A DNA stretch of 64,000 nt, taken from assembly GCA_000004985.1 (NCBI GenBank), contig GG738849.1. One strand, written 5' to 3'. The position numbers and the translations under genes were made by a program. A model generated the notes under the pieces. The model saw only the letters and a list, made by a program, of their open reading frames with translations, was not told where the DNA came from and ran no database searches. Origin of the DNA: Naegleria gruberi. Its lineage: Eukaryota. Below, piece by piece: positions 35,509 to 45,238 of the stretch. The stretch's first letter is position 1. The number at the start of each line of letters is the position of its first letter.

Positions 35509-37518
35509 ATGAAAAAATTATTATTAAAAAGAGTTTCATCGGTGAGAGGAGTTTCATCATCGGGGAAGATTTTTCAACTCAATTCCAAATATATTACAGC
35601 TGCTAATTGTAATTGCAATAATAGTATAATTAAGAATCAGTTTTCAACAAGTACAAATACAAGAAAGAGTTCAAGTATTGACAATGATCCACTGTTAAAG
35701 ATTTTGGATTTTGCCAAACAAGAAAAACTCAAGGAGGATGGTTTTAAAAAGACAAAAGATGGTCGATTCTTTACAAAAACATACATTGATCCGGAAATGA
35801 TGACTGAGGATGAACGTGATGAATTTCAAAATAGAGGTATTGAATTTGAGGATGAAAATGAATTTGATAAGTGGATGAAGAATTTAGAAAAGGAAGAACG
35901 AGTTTTACAGAGAAAGGCCGATGAAGCTTTCTTACAAACTGATTTACCTTCCTCAATGAAAAGTTTTAGTTTTTCTGAACTTTTGGATGAAGCAGAACAG
36001 TACCTCATTCATGGTAAACCAATTCCACATTTTAACACATTGCCAAGTCACATTCCACTAGGTGAAAAGGAAGATTTACATCAAAGACCTGACTTTTCTC
36101 ACTTTAAATCACAACCACCAACACTTAAAGATATCAGAGAGACTGTACAATTTACAGAGTCTAATGAAGAGGAAGATAGTTCACCTTCTTCTGTAAAGCA
36201 AAGGAAAAAGGAAATGATTAGAAAGAGTGATGGTAAAATTGACCACGTACAATCAGAGAGAAACATGTACTATCAAGCTCCAAAAACACAATCTACAACA
36301 CAACCACAAGAGAAACAACAAACACCAGTGGAATATAGTACACCAGATGATTATGAAAGAATCAGAGTTCCAGAAGATGCTTACTCTGCATATTACTATT
36401 TTAGAAACGAGGTATACATAAGAGGATTGGATGTTCCACGAACAAAGGAGGAGGAGGATGAGGAAATTGCTGACTTTTTCATTGAGGCCTATTCGAACCA
36501 AAACTCTGTACAGCATTATTTAGATGATCCACTTGTTAAGCAACAGCTCTTGAAGCACTATGACAAGTTTGATAAGGTTGTTGACCAAATAACGGTAGAC
36601 CAAATGCCAACACCAGCTTCTGTTTTGACTAAGGCTCTAGATATTACAGAAGCATCTGATAATCAAAAACTGAAGAGAGAGAAAAATAATGACAAATTCT
36701 TCGATCATTTGAGTGAATTGAATAGAAAGTTACACGCCAAAGGAGAAGTAGTATACAAATTCCAATATAATCCAACAACTAAACGTATTGAGAGGACACG
36801 ATCTGTGATAGATGAAGACAAGTCATTGGAAGCTATTCAAGAAAAGGATTTGAATACTGAAGATGTTGAAAAGGAAGAACCAATAGTAGACTATGATAAG
36901 GAAGGTCTTAACCAACTTGAAATTGAAATGCTTGACCAATACTTTAAAGATATGGAAGCAGAACAGTCCAATAGATCATATAGAGACGAGGCATCAACTG
37001 AGGAAATTCTTTTGAGCAGACTTATGAAGCGAGTGAATCCAAAGAAGGATGATATTGAAGAGTTTAGTGAAACTGAATTGCTTGAATTGCAAAAGTTAGT
37101 GAAACAAAACAAGCATAAATTTGCAGAACTAGAAAGAAAGAGTGGCACTGTTAAAGAACCACTTCCACCATCTAAAAACATGTTCATGCCATCCCAAGAT
37201 GAACTTGAAAGGTCATTCAAGGAAGATTTTGGTGTTAATATCGGAGAATTCCAAGAATTGATTGAACAATATCCACAATTAGGAAATTTAATGGAAAATA
37301 TGCAAGGAGATTCTGAGTTTATTTTCAATTCCCTCTCTCAATATATTGTTGAAAATGGTGGTATTCAAAAATTGGAGCATGACTTTAACGACAAGAGTAA
37401 GGTCAACAGATCCTTTAAGGAATGGGTCAAGGTGAAGAGAGAAAGTTCTGGACTCACAGATCTCTCCACAGAAGAACTTGTCAAGGAATTAGAAAATAGG
37501 TATAAAAAGAATAAATAA
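35509..37518 (+). CDS. Hypothetical 669-aa acidic coiled-coil protein with basic, presequence-like N-terminus
   Basis: ATG at 35509 in A-rich context. MKKLLLKRVSSVRGVSSSGKIF... N-terminus. E/D/K-rich, no known domain recognised. Confidence 0.4.
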   Translation: MKKLLLKRVSSVRGVSSSGKIFQLNSKYITAANCNCNNSIIKNQFSTSTNTRKSSSIDNDPLLKILDFAKQEKLKEDGFKKTKDGRFFTKTYIDPEMMTEDERDEFQNRGIEFEDENEFDKWMKNLEKEERVLQRKADEAFLQTDLPSSMKSFSFSELLDEAEQYLIHGKPIPHFNTLPSHIPLGEKEDLHQRPDFSHFKSQPPTLKDIRETVQFTESNEEEDSSPSSVKQRKKEMIRKSDGKIDHVQSERNMYYQAPKTQSTTQPQEKQQTPVEYSTPDDYERIRVPEDAYSAYYYFRNEVYIRGLDVPRTKEEEDEEIADFFIEAYSNQNSVQHYLDDPLVKQQLLKHYDKFDKVVDQITVDQMPTPASVLTKALDITEASDNQKLKREKNNDKFFDHLSELNRKLHAKGEVVYKFQYNPTTKRIERTRSVIDEDKSLEAIQEKDLNTEDVEKEEPIVDYDKEGLNQLEIEMLDQYFKDMEAEQSNRSYRDEASTEEILLSRLMKRVNPKKDDIEEFSETELLELQKLVKQNKHKFAELERKSGTVKEPLPPSKNMFMPSQDELERSFKEDFGVNIGEFQELIEQYPQLGNLMENMQGDSEFIFNSLSQYIVENGGIQKLEHDFNDKSKVNRSFKEWVKVKRESSGLTDLSTEELVKELENRYKKNK

Positions 37519-37592
37519 CTACCTTGATTCAGTTTGATTAAATTTATTATTGCGCCAAAATTTAAATAATTTAATTATAATTACTTTAAAAA

Positions 37593-38306
37593 ATGTCAAC
37601 AATTCCACCAAGAGAAGGTGCACAAACACCAAGTGGTGTCGATGATTCCATTCTCCGATTTAATTTTACTAAACCCATCCCACGATCCCAGACATTTGCT
37701 GCAAATAATGAAAGCTTACAAGAGGCAATTTCTAGTGGGGAACATTCTTTTGCTCTTCCGACAAGAACCAATGAATATATTGCCATGGTGAAAAATCAAT
37801 TCAATTTTCTTGTTAATAATTCTAACCTCCCTGCATGTAAACAAATTAAATATGATTTAATTTCAAAAATTGAGAATGAAAAGGAATTATATCCGAATGA
37901 TAAGGAAAAAATTACAGAATTAAATAATTATTTAAAATCAGGAGAGGATGATTTACAATTTTTGGATTCCTTCACGGATAATATTTTGCAAAAATCTGAA
38001 CCTAGGTATCTATTCAAATCTAACAACCATACTTTTCAAGTTGGAGAAGACTTTTCAAAAGTAGAAAATCATAGTATTTATTCAATGTATGGAAATTACT
38101 ATAATTGTATGCATAATGGATTTATGAAAATTGTTACCATGCAAACAGTTTACAACTGTAGACATGAATTGGCAGAATTTAGATCCATTCCTCTTCATTG
38201 GATTCAGACTGAATGGAAACGACAAAGATATTGGAAAAAATATGAAGATTGCATTCGCAAGTCTGCCTTAAAAACCACACGTCTCACTATAAACTTGGAT
38301 TCGTAA
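37593..38306 (+). CDS. Hypothetical 237-aa protein
   Basis: ATG at 37593 (AAAAAATGTC). Single ORF between neighbouring genes, no recognisable domain. Confidence 0.35.
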   Translation: MSTIPPREGAQTPSGVDDSILRFNFTKPIPRSQTFAANNESLQEAISSGEHSFALPTRTNEYIAMVKNQFNFLVNNSNLPACKQIKYDLISKIENEKELYPNDKEKITELNNYLKSGEDDLQFLDSFTDNILQKSEPRYLFKSNNHTFQVGEDFSKVENHSIYSMYGNYYNCMHNGFMKIVTMQTVYNCRHELAEFRSIPLHWIQTEWKRQRYWKKYEDCIRKSALKTTRLTINLDS

Positions 38307-38319
38307 ATTATTAGAATCA

Positions 38320-39996
38320 TTATTGCTTGGATTCTGGAGTGCATTTGGTGGCATCGTCATTTGAGGAATTATTTTCGTGTTTGATTTTTACATTAGTATT
38401 TGGCTTTGTTGCTGATGGACTAGACATAAATTCCTTATCGACTGATTGAAGAATATCAGCATTGTCACTATCTTCTTCAATAGGAACGTTCATCATTTCC
38501 AAATCTTGACCACCAAGTTTGGAATATTTAGGTCCACTTTGAATGCTCTTTCCACAGAAACACATTGTGCAAGCAAAGGCAATAATTGACAATCCAATGA
38601 ATAAACCAATGGCAATAACTGCTGCTATCAAGATTTGAACAAGCTTGATGAATTGATCTATTCTTGAAGAGAATTCTGGTTTGTCAATGCCCTCAAGGGC
38701 CTTTTGAATATCTCTTTCCTCTTCACTGACATCATCATGGAAACATGTTGAAGTCATTACTTTTCTTGCACATCTGAAATAGGAATTTCTGTCAGCAAAA
38801 TCAGCATCATAGTCAGAGGCACTAGCTGAGCAACCATCACTGACACTATTAATGACAACATCATTATCACGAACAACTGTAACAGATCCTCCTCCATCCA
38901 AATTGATAGCATTTTCAACTCCTAATTCGATCATAAGGGTGGCCAACTCGTACAAGGTTGGACCCTTATTGTGATTTCCATCTCCATCAATAGAGACAAG
39001 AACGAGACGCCCCTCCTTGTCATGACCCAATGCAGATCTTGAGGCTCTAACAGTGATAAATCTTTTAGCATTGCCAGTTTCTTGTATGGACATATCCTCA
39101 ATTTTAGAGCTCTCATCAACATAGGATTCACCCTTACGAACAAGCCAAATTACTCCTGAAATCATTTGATCAAAATCCTCCAATTTAGTATTCTCATCAG
39201 TATATCCAATAAAGTATTTTCCATCCTTTGTAATTCCAAAATTTACATTGTGATTAGTGCTGACATGTGAAATTCTACCATCAGATACTACATTTCCCAA
39301 ACATGTATGTTTGTGAGTATTGAAAAATCCTGCATTTGTAGTATAATGGCAAAAATAACCATTAGCATGATACTTGGCAATATCTCTCACAGGTGCTGTG
39401 ACATTATAGTAACATCCTCCTCTTAAATCTCTTTTTCCTTCATAAGCCTCCCAGACTTTTGAAATTGGTGAAGTGTTTGCTTGTTTTGATGTTTTTGGTT
39501 GGGGAGAATTTGGTGGACCTGGTTCAACAATTGAAAAATGTTTCATCGGATTCTTTAAAATCAACATGTGACCATTCACATATTGACCTCCAAAGTCCAA
39601 TCCCAAGAATTTATATTCAATATCTGCTTTTTTATCCTTTCCAACAAGCTCTCTTCTTGCAACAGGAAACATTTCATACGGAATAAATTCACTTGCAGCA
39701 TCACCCTGAGTCTCTACCATTTCCTCAGTTCCTTCCTGTCTTTTATGAGGAGACCTTTTCATCATTCCCACTCGTTTCAAATGTTCTCGGAGAGGTTTCA
39801 ATTGATTATAATTTAATTGATCCTTTGAGTAGGGATTAGAGGCAATATCCTCCGTTATTGTGTGCTCGGTTATCATTTTCAAACTCTTACTCTCAACTAG
39901 TAAATTGTGAGTGTTGACAATTGTTATCATCAATATCATAAGAAGGAGCACGGAGAACAAAACGCTACAAAGAGACGAAGAGCGGGAGAGTCTCAT
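38320..39996 (-). CDS. NAGPA-like phosphodiester glycosidase (GlcNAc-1-phosphodiester alpha-N-acetylglucosaminidase, 'uncovering enzyme' family), type I membrane protein
   Basis: Signal peptide (MRLSRSSSLCSVLFSVLLLMILMITIV). Core VSIDGDGNHNKGPTLYELATLMIELGVENAINLDGGGSVTVV with the diagnostic NLDGGGS motif. C-terminal TM plus cytoplasmic tail. Real ATG at 39996. Confidence 0.6.
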   Translation of the reverse strand: MRLSRSSSLCSVLFSVLLLMILMITIVNTHNLLVESKSLKMITEHTITEDIASNPYSKDQLNYNQLKPLREHLKRVGMMKRSPHKRQEGTEEMVETQGDAASEFIPYEMFPVARRELVGKDKKADIEYKFLGLDFGGQYVNGHMLILKNPMKHFSIVEPGPPNSPQPKTSKQANTSPISKVWEAYEGKRDLRGGCYYNVTAPVRDIAKYHANGYFCHYTTNAGFFNTHKHTCLGNVVSDGRISHVSTNHNVNFGITKDGKYFIGYTDENTKLEDFDQMISGVIWLVRKGESYVDESSKIEDMSIQETGNAKRFITVRASRSALGHDKEGRLVLVSIDGDGNHNKGPTLYELATLMIELGVENAINLDGGGSVTVVRDNDVVINSVSDGCSASASDYDADFADRNSYFRCARKVMTSTCFHDDVSEEERDIQKALEGIDKPEFSSRIDQFIKLVQILIAAVIAIGLFIGLSIIAFACTMCFCGKSIQSGPKYSKLGGQDLEMMNVPIEEDSDNADILQSVDKEFMSSPSATKPNTNVKIKHENNSSNDDATKCTPESKQ

Positions 39997-40407
39997 TTTT
40001 TTAAAGATATTTCCAATACACTTTATTTGAAAACAAACCAAGAGAGCCTTTACTTCTTATCTACCTTTCATGAATTGACATAATATTGAGATTAATTCAA
40101 AATTCATATACGGACTCAATATTTATAAAAATTTTAAAAATAATCAGAGAAAAACACTGAGGTGAAATATGGGTGTTGATAAATCAAGACACCCAAAAAT
40201 CTTATTCTAATTTTTTCACAAGTACCTTTTATTGTGGTACGAATTCCCAAACCATTATGAACTTTCTTTGTGAGATACCATTCCTTTTACAATGATGGAC
40301 TCTCTGGCCAATCACTTTTTTCAAAACAACATATTGGCTCTGAATTTGAAAGTAATTGTCTATTATTATTTCGTCCTCAATATGCTTAAAATTGGATTAA
40401 CACTCCT

Positions 40408-40674
40408 CTATACACCATCATCTGTTTCTTTTGACAATTTTTGGTTTGGTTTGTTTTCGTTTTGTTGTTGGCTTTTTAAATTTTGGATCGACTGGATAAT
40501 TTCTGCTCTCTGCCCTTCTATTTTTGCCTTACTCAAATTGTTAAGCGTATTCAATTCCTCTTCCGTTGGTTTGTAAGTAATGTTAGGTTTAACGTTAGCT
40601 TTGGGAAGACGAGGAAGGTTTTTTGTTTGTTGGTCGAAATGGGTGATTACTTCCTTAGCACTAGCGAAAGACAT
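40408..40674 (-). CDS. Small hydrophilic 88-aa protein, unknown function
   Basis: ATG at 40674 in AAAAAATATG context. K/E/Q-rich. Confidence 0.3.
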   Translation of the reverse strand: MSFASAKEVITHFDQQTKNLPRLPKANVKPNITYKPTEEELNTLNNLSKAKIEGQRAEIIQSIQNLKSQQQNENKPNQKLSKETDDGV

Positions 40675-41010
40675 ATTTTTTTCGGTTTCTGTTGCTTTAT
40701 CTGATTTGAATTAGCGTAACACTCTCCAATAAATACTTAATGGAATGATGTATTTTTATACAAAATTACAATCAAATTTATTAAATATATTAAAAATGTA
40801 AAAAATAAAAATGGTTTTTGAAAATTTCTGTAGTTTGCAAAATGATCCACATTTGGTCCATCATCAGACTACCAAATTGTTCAAGACATTGATCAATTCA
40901 ATACATGAACCCAATAATTGACTCTTTCTAGCTCTTCACATCAAGTCACTCATCACATAATAAAAACCTTACCAACACAGAGTTTCGGAAATCAACAACA
41001 AACAAAAAAA

Positions 41011-42510
41011 ATGATCATCAATACAAAGACAGCATCAACCTTCCGAGGTGTTGGTGTTGTATTTTTAGTAGTTTCCTTGATTCTTCTCTCAACACTCATT
41101 GTTGTTACTACTGCTCAACAAGTTGAACAAAAATCGAGTATTGAAATGGGAAGTGAAGAGTTTACTCCTGATGGACAATTGAAGAGTAAACCATTCTATG
41201 GAGTTGAAGAGGATTTGGAGAATGAAAATATTTCTATTGAAGAGTTGATTAAACGTCTTTCATCTTCAAGTTCACTGGAACAACATGGTGATTTGTTTTT
41301 GAGAAAGATTCCATTCGATAATGTTGCTCAAGTTGAGAAATTGGGAGATTTTTTGGGTAGTCCAAAGGCAAACAAATTGAAGAGAATTGTTTTTAATAAG
41401 AATGGTGCTGAGAAGGATGATCCAAATGTTTTGGAAGCTTCCAAGTTGGCTATTTTACTTGAGAGAGGCTTTTTGAAACAAACTCAACCTACTTTGGAAG
41501 TTATTGGTGTCACTTCTAATAATATGACATTGGAAACTTGTATGGTTTTGTCTTACTTGCTCTTCCAAAAGGGATCTGTTGTGAAAAAGCTCTACTTGTA
41601 TAATAATAATATTGATAGTGCATGTTTGAAGGTTATTTTCAGTCCAATTTTACTTCCTACTGCTAGCAATACCTCCCCTGATAAGGTCACTATTCCACCA
41701 CTTACCAAGTTGGTGATTTTGGCTAATAATGTTGGTGATGAAGGTGCCAAGTATGTTGTCAAGATTGCTGAAGCTATTCCAACATTGAATGATATTGTTT
41801 TGAAGAAGACTGGTTTGAAGGAAGAAGGTGTATTGGCACTTGCTAATTTCATTGAAAGTCATCCAGACAGATTGACCCACATTGATATTAGTGAAAATAC
41901 TCAATTTGGATTGAAGGCTTTCACTGCTTTCTGTGCTGCTGTTGAGAAGAGTACCACTCTTAACTTATTGGATATGAATGAAATTGGAATGGATAGTTTG
42001 AATGCTGTTGAAGTTTTGGTGAAGCTCATTAGAAATAATAAGAGCCTTAGAAAGATTGATATCAGTGACAATAGAATTGCTGATAATGGTGTTAAAGCTA
42101 TTGCCACAGTTTTGTCTGAACAAAATGTTCATCTTGGAAAGATTGATATTTCCAATGTTGGTCTCACTGGTGAAGGTATCAGATATGTCATTGATGCTGT
42201 CAAGAAGAATAGTAATTTGAAGAAGGTATATATTTACAGAGTTGAATTCTTCTTTGAAGATAGTGGCATTGAAAAGGATTTGAAGGAATTGAAGAAGATT
42301 ATCAAGTCTGACTTTATTGATGAGGAAGTTATTACCAGCAATGAAATTAATACTGATCCAAATGATGAAGAAAATGTCGAAGAACCATCAGAGGAAGATA
42401 TCACAGAAGAAGATGATGAAGATGATAACATTACAGATGAAGAATTGAGTGCTCACCCACTGTTTGCCTCACTGATGGAATCTGCAACACCTAAAAAGGA
42501 CGAACTCTAA
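41011..42510 (+). CDS. RanGAP/RNI-like leucine-rich-repeat protein with N-terminal signal anchor and acidic C-terminal tail
   Basis: ATG at 41011 (AAAAAAAATGATC). TM RGVGVVFLVVSLILLSTLIVVTTA. RNI-type LRRs (NNNIDSACLKVI..., VGDEGAKYVVKIAE..., GLKEEGVLALANFIE...). Asp/Glu-rich tail. Confidence 0.5.
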   Translation: MIINTKTASTFRGVGVVFLVVSLILLSTLIVVTTAQQVEQKSSIEMGSEEFTPDGQLKSKPFYGVEEDLENENISIEELIKRLSSSSSLEQHGDLFLRKIPFDNVAQVEKLGDFLGSPKANKLKRIVFNKNGAEKDDPNVLEASKLAILLERGFLKQTQPTLEVIGVTSNNMTLETCMVLSYLLFQKGSVVKKLYLYNNNIDSACLKVIFSPILLPTASNTSPDKVTIPPLTKLVILANNVGDEGAKYVVKIAEAIPTLNDIVLKKTGLKEEGVLALANFIESHPDRLTHIDISENTQFGLKAFTAFCAAVEKSTTLNLLDMNEIGMDSLNAVEVLVKLIRNNKSLRKIDISDNRIADNGVKAIATVLSEQNVHLGKIDISNVGLTGEGIRYVIDAVKKNSNLKKVYIYRVEFFFEDSGIEKDLKELKKIIKSDFIDEEVITSNEINTDPNDEENVEEPSEEDITEEDDEDDNITDEELSAHPLFASLMESATPKKDEL

Positions 42511-42671
42511 ATCCTGGAATCTAGTATTATTATTTATTGTTAATAAAATTTCTTAATGTAAATAAATTGTAAACAAATATTGAAATTCTTTTGGTCTATT
42601 TTCTACTTGATTCAAGATCTTTCAATAGTAACAACAACTGTAACTTTCACCTAATTAAATTATTCCACATA

Positions 42672-43748
42672 TTATTGTTCCTTTTTGGCAATATCTCTGA
42701 ATTGTGAAATAATCTTGTTTTCTCTTTGACTTCTTTCTTGCTTTTGTAAAAGATCCAATCTCTTCTTTTCTTCTTGCATATATACTTCGTTTTCCTTCAT
42801 GATACGAATAGCATTCATTCTGGCGTGTCTGCTACCAGACATGACATAGCCCAAATCTTCATAATTTGTAATTTGATCACTTGTCAAACCAACTTCACCT
42901 CTTCTAGGAATACGCTTATTTTGTTGAATGAATTCAGCAATAGCTGCACCTTCACCTGGTAAGAGAGGAACTTCGTATTTAGTACTTTGGTCATTCATCA
43001 AATCAGATAATAATTTAGGTCCTGCAATTTCATCATCTTGCTTGCTCGAAGATTTATCCTTCTTCTTGCTCTTTTCCTTCTTTTCCTTTTTGTTCTTTTT
43101 TTCTTTCTTTTCCTTCTTTTTTCTTTCGAATTCTTTAAATTTATTCTCACGTTCTTCCCTTCTCAAAATATGAATCTTGTTAATTTCAATTAATTGATCA
43201 ACTGATGTAGGTTTGAGAATAAAATCCTTTTCATCTGTCCAAATTTCTTTGGCAACATCCTCAAGTGAATAAACTCCATCAGCTTGTTGTTTTTCCTCCT
43301 TTTTATCATCCCCAAGATCTAAATAATCTTCATCCTCTGGTGATTTCTTTTGTCTTTTTTGTTCAGTTTGACGTTCCTCAAGTTTTCTTTTCAATGTTTC
43401 ATTCATATCCTTCTTATTATCGTTTGATGAGTTGATCCTTCTATCATTGTATTCTCTTCTTTCCGATTTATAATTGTCCCTATCGTCTCTACTATCCCTA
43501 CTATCTCTATTATCCCTATTATCGTCATACAAACGTCTTTCCCTTGATCCACCATAATTATTATCCCTTCTACTATCATTTCTATCATATCTTGAATCCG
43601 ATCGTCTGTTTGGTGAGTACCTTCTCGATGATGATCCTCTATCATTCCGATACGAAGAATTATAATTGTCGGTTTTTCTATTGTCTGATGATGAAGACAA
43701 CGACCTGGAGGATGCACTATTCGATGATTGGTTTTCAACTTTGCTCAT
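42672..43748 (-). CDS. NKAP-family protein (NF-kB activating protein / DUF926) with RS/RD-rich N-terminus
   Basis: C-terminal LLPGEGAAIAEFIQQNKRIPRRGEVGLTSDQITNYEDLGYVMSGSRHARMNAIRIMKENEVY matches the NKAP C-terminal domain. N-terminal RSDSRYDRNDSRRD repeats. K/E-rich middle. Confidence 0.7.
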   Translation of the reverse strand: MSKVENQSSNSASSRSLSSSSDNRKTDNYNSSYRNDRGSSSRRYSPNRRSDSRYDRNDSRRDNNYGGSRERRLYDDNRDNRDSRDSRDDRDNYKSERREYNDRRINSSNDNKKDMNETLKRKLEERQTEQKRQKKSPEDEDYLDLGDDKKEEKQQADGVYSLEDVAKEIWTDEKDFILKPTSVDQLIEINKIHILRREERENKFKEFERKKKEKKEKKNKKEKKEKSKKKDKSSSKQDDEIAGPKLLSDLMNDQSTKYEVPLLPGEGAAIAEFIQQNKRIPRRGEVGLTSDQITNYEDLGYVMSGSRHARMNAIRIMKENEVYMQEEKKRLDLLQKQERSQRENKIISQFRDIAKKEQ

Positions 43749-43887
43749 TTTTTTTTATTTATTGCTTCCTGTTCATTCAAGAAGTCAATTAATTAAGTTC
43801 TCACACGATCAATTTATTTACAATATTTACAGAATGATGTTAATTTCAAGTCTCACTAGATGACATATAAATTATTCGAATGAATAA

Positions 43888-44121
43888 TTAAACATTTGAG
43901 GTTCTATTGATTGGAATTTCACTTCCTTTTTGTTTGATATCAGATTCCTTGGAAAGATTTTCAACATTCTCACCTTCTCTTAATTTCTCCTTGTCCTTAC
44001 TACCAAGATTTGTAATAACATCTTTCTTTTCACTGGTATACTCTCCTCCAAGATTCTTTCCTTGGAGATTTTCTTGCTTCCAATCCTTTTCCTTATTCCA
44101 GTCTGATGATTTGTTTTCCAT
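43888..44121 (-). CDS. Small K/E-rich hydrophilic protein (77 aa), unknown
   Basis: ATG at 44121. Low-complexity sequence. May be non-coding. Confidence 0.2.
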   Translation of the reverse strand: MENKSSDWNKEKDWKQENLQGKNLGGEYTSEKKDVITNLGSKDKEKLREGENVENLSKESDIKQKGSEIPINRTSNV

Positions 44122-44404
44122 TTCTTTTGTTTCAAGTTGTTGTTTTTTAATTGATTTATAAAATGGTGTGGGTTTTATAGCATTTCCAAGATGTTTAGAA
44201 ATGGTTCATGTGAATTATGGAATTTGACTTGTTTTAGTTCAGCTTAAAAAACAGTCAACTAATTAAAACAATTTCCTAATGTATCATCAATGATAATAAC
44301 AATTCAGCTTATTGTAAAGGGTAGTTGCTCGGTCGCTCCATTAAAAATATAATAGTCACTCGCTTACCATTTAATTCTTGATTACTTGTCTCTTATCGTG
44401 GTGG

Positions 44405-44474
44405 AACCGTTTTGTAAATTTTAAAAAACTAACCGTTATAAAAATTTAAATAAATTTCTTTAAATTACGGTAGT
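44405..44474. promoter_or_regulatory. Cluster of Myb/MSA-like AACCGTT(A) motifs (x2) plus TTACGGTAG in the UBE2C-like promoter, 60-130 nt upstream of the ATG
   Basis: ggAACCGTTttg (44405-11), ctAACCGTTAta (44431-37), TTACGGTAG (44466-74). C-Myb/Myb3R sites are YAACGG / CNGTTR. Confidence 0.3.
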
Positions 44475-44534
44475 TGAAATGAAAACAAATCATAAAAAAA
44501 CACCTCCAATCACTCCATACCACACCCATACAAC

Positions 44535-45041
44535 ATGAGCTCATCAGCCATCGTGACCAGTCCATCAAAGGCTGCCTCTAAACAAGCACCATCAAATGCT
44601 CAATCTACCACCAAACGTTTGCAATCCGAGTTGATGAATTTAATGATGTCCAAGACAGCTGGTATTACAGCCTTTCCGGAAGAAGGTAATATGCTCAAAT
44701 GGACAGGTACATTGAAAGGATGCGAAGGTACATGTTATGATGGACAATCGTACAAACTCTCCCTCTCCTTCTCTAATGACTATCCATTCAAGGTTCCAGT
44801 TGTAAAGTTTATCACACCAATCTACCATCCAAATGTAGATCAATTCGGAAACATTTGTTTGGATATCTTGAAGGATAAGTGGTCTGCCACATATAATGTT
44901 AGAACTATTCTCATTTCTATACAATCATTGATGAATGATCCAAATATTGAAGATCCATTGAATGGTGAAGCTGCTCAAAATTATGCTGACCCTGTCGAAT
45001 TTAAGAGATTGGTTGATTTGACCTATCAAAAGAAACAATAA
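44535..45041 (+). CDS. UBE2C: Ubiquitin-conjugating enzyme E2 C (UbcH10/Ube2C-like, APC/C-associated E2)
   Basis: UBC fold with HPNVDQFGNICLDIL active-site Cys. N-terminal ~30-aa extension (KRLQSELMNLMMS) typical of E2-C. 168 aa. Confidence 0.8.
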   Translation: MSSSAIVTSPSKAASKQAPSNAQSTTKRLQSELMNLMMSKTAGITAFPEEGNMLKWTGTLKGCEGTCYDGQSYKLSLSFSNDYPFKVPVVKFITPIYHPNVDQFGNICLDILKDKWSATYNVRTILISIQSLMNDPNIEDPLNGEAAQNYADPVEFKRLVDLTYQKKQ

Positions 45042-45238
45042 GAAACTGAGGTGTTTCACTTTCCATTTTTACAAACATTTGTTAAAAACAAAAGATGAGC
45101 GTAATAGCAATACTCTTTAATGTACAAAATAAATCTAACTGAACAATTTCATGAATTTCTTTCCTATTGTTTTATTGTGTGATGCTGAAATCTTATAAAT
45201 AATATTGAATAAATTATTAATTAATAAATTTGAAAAAA

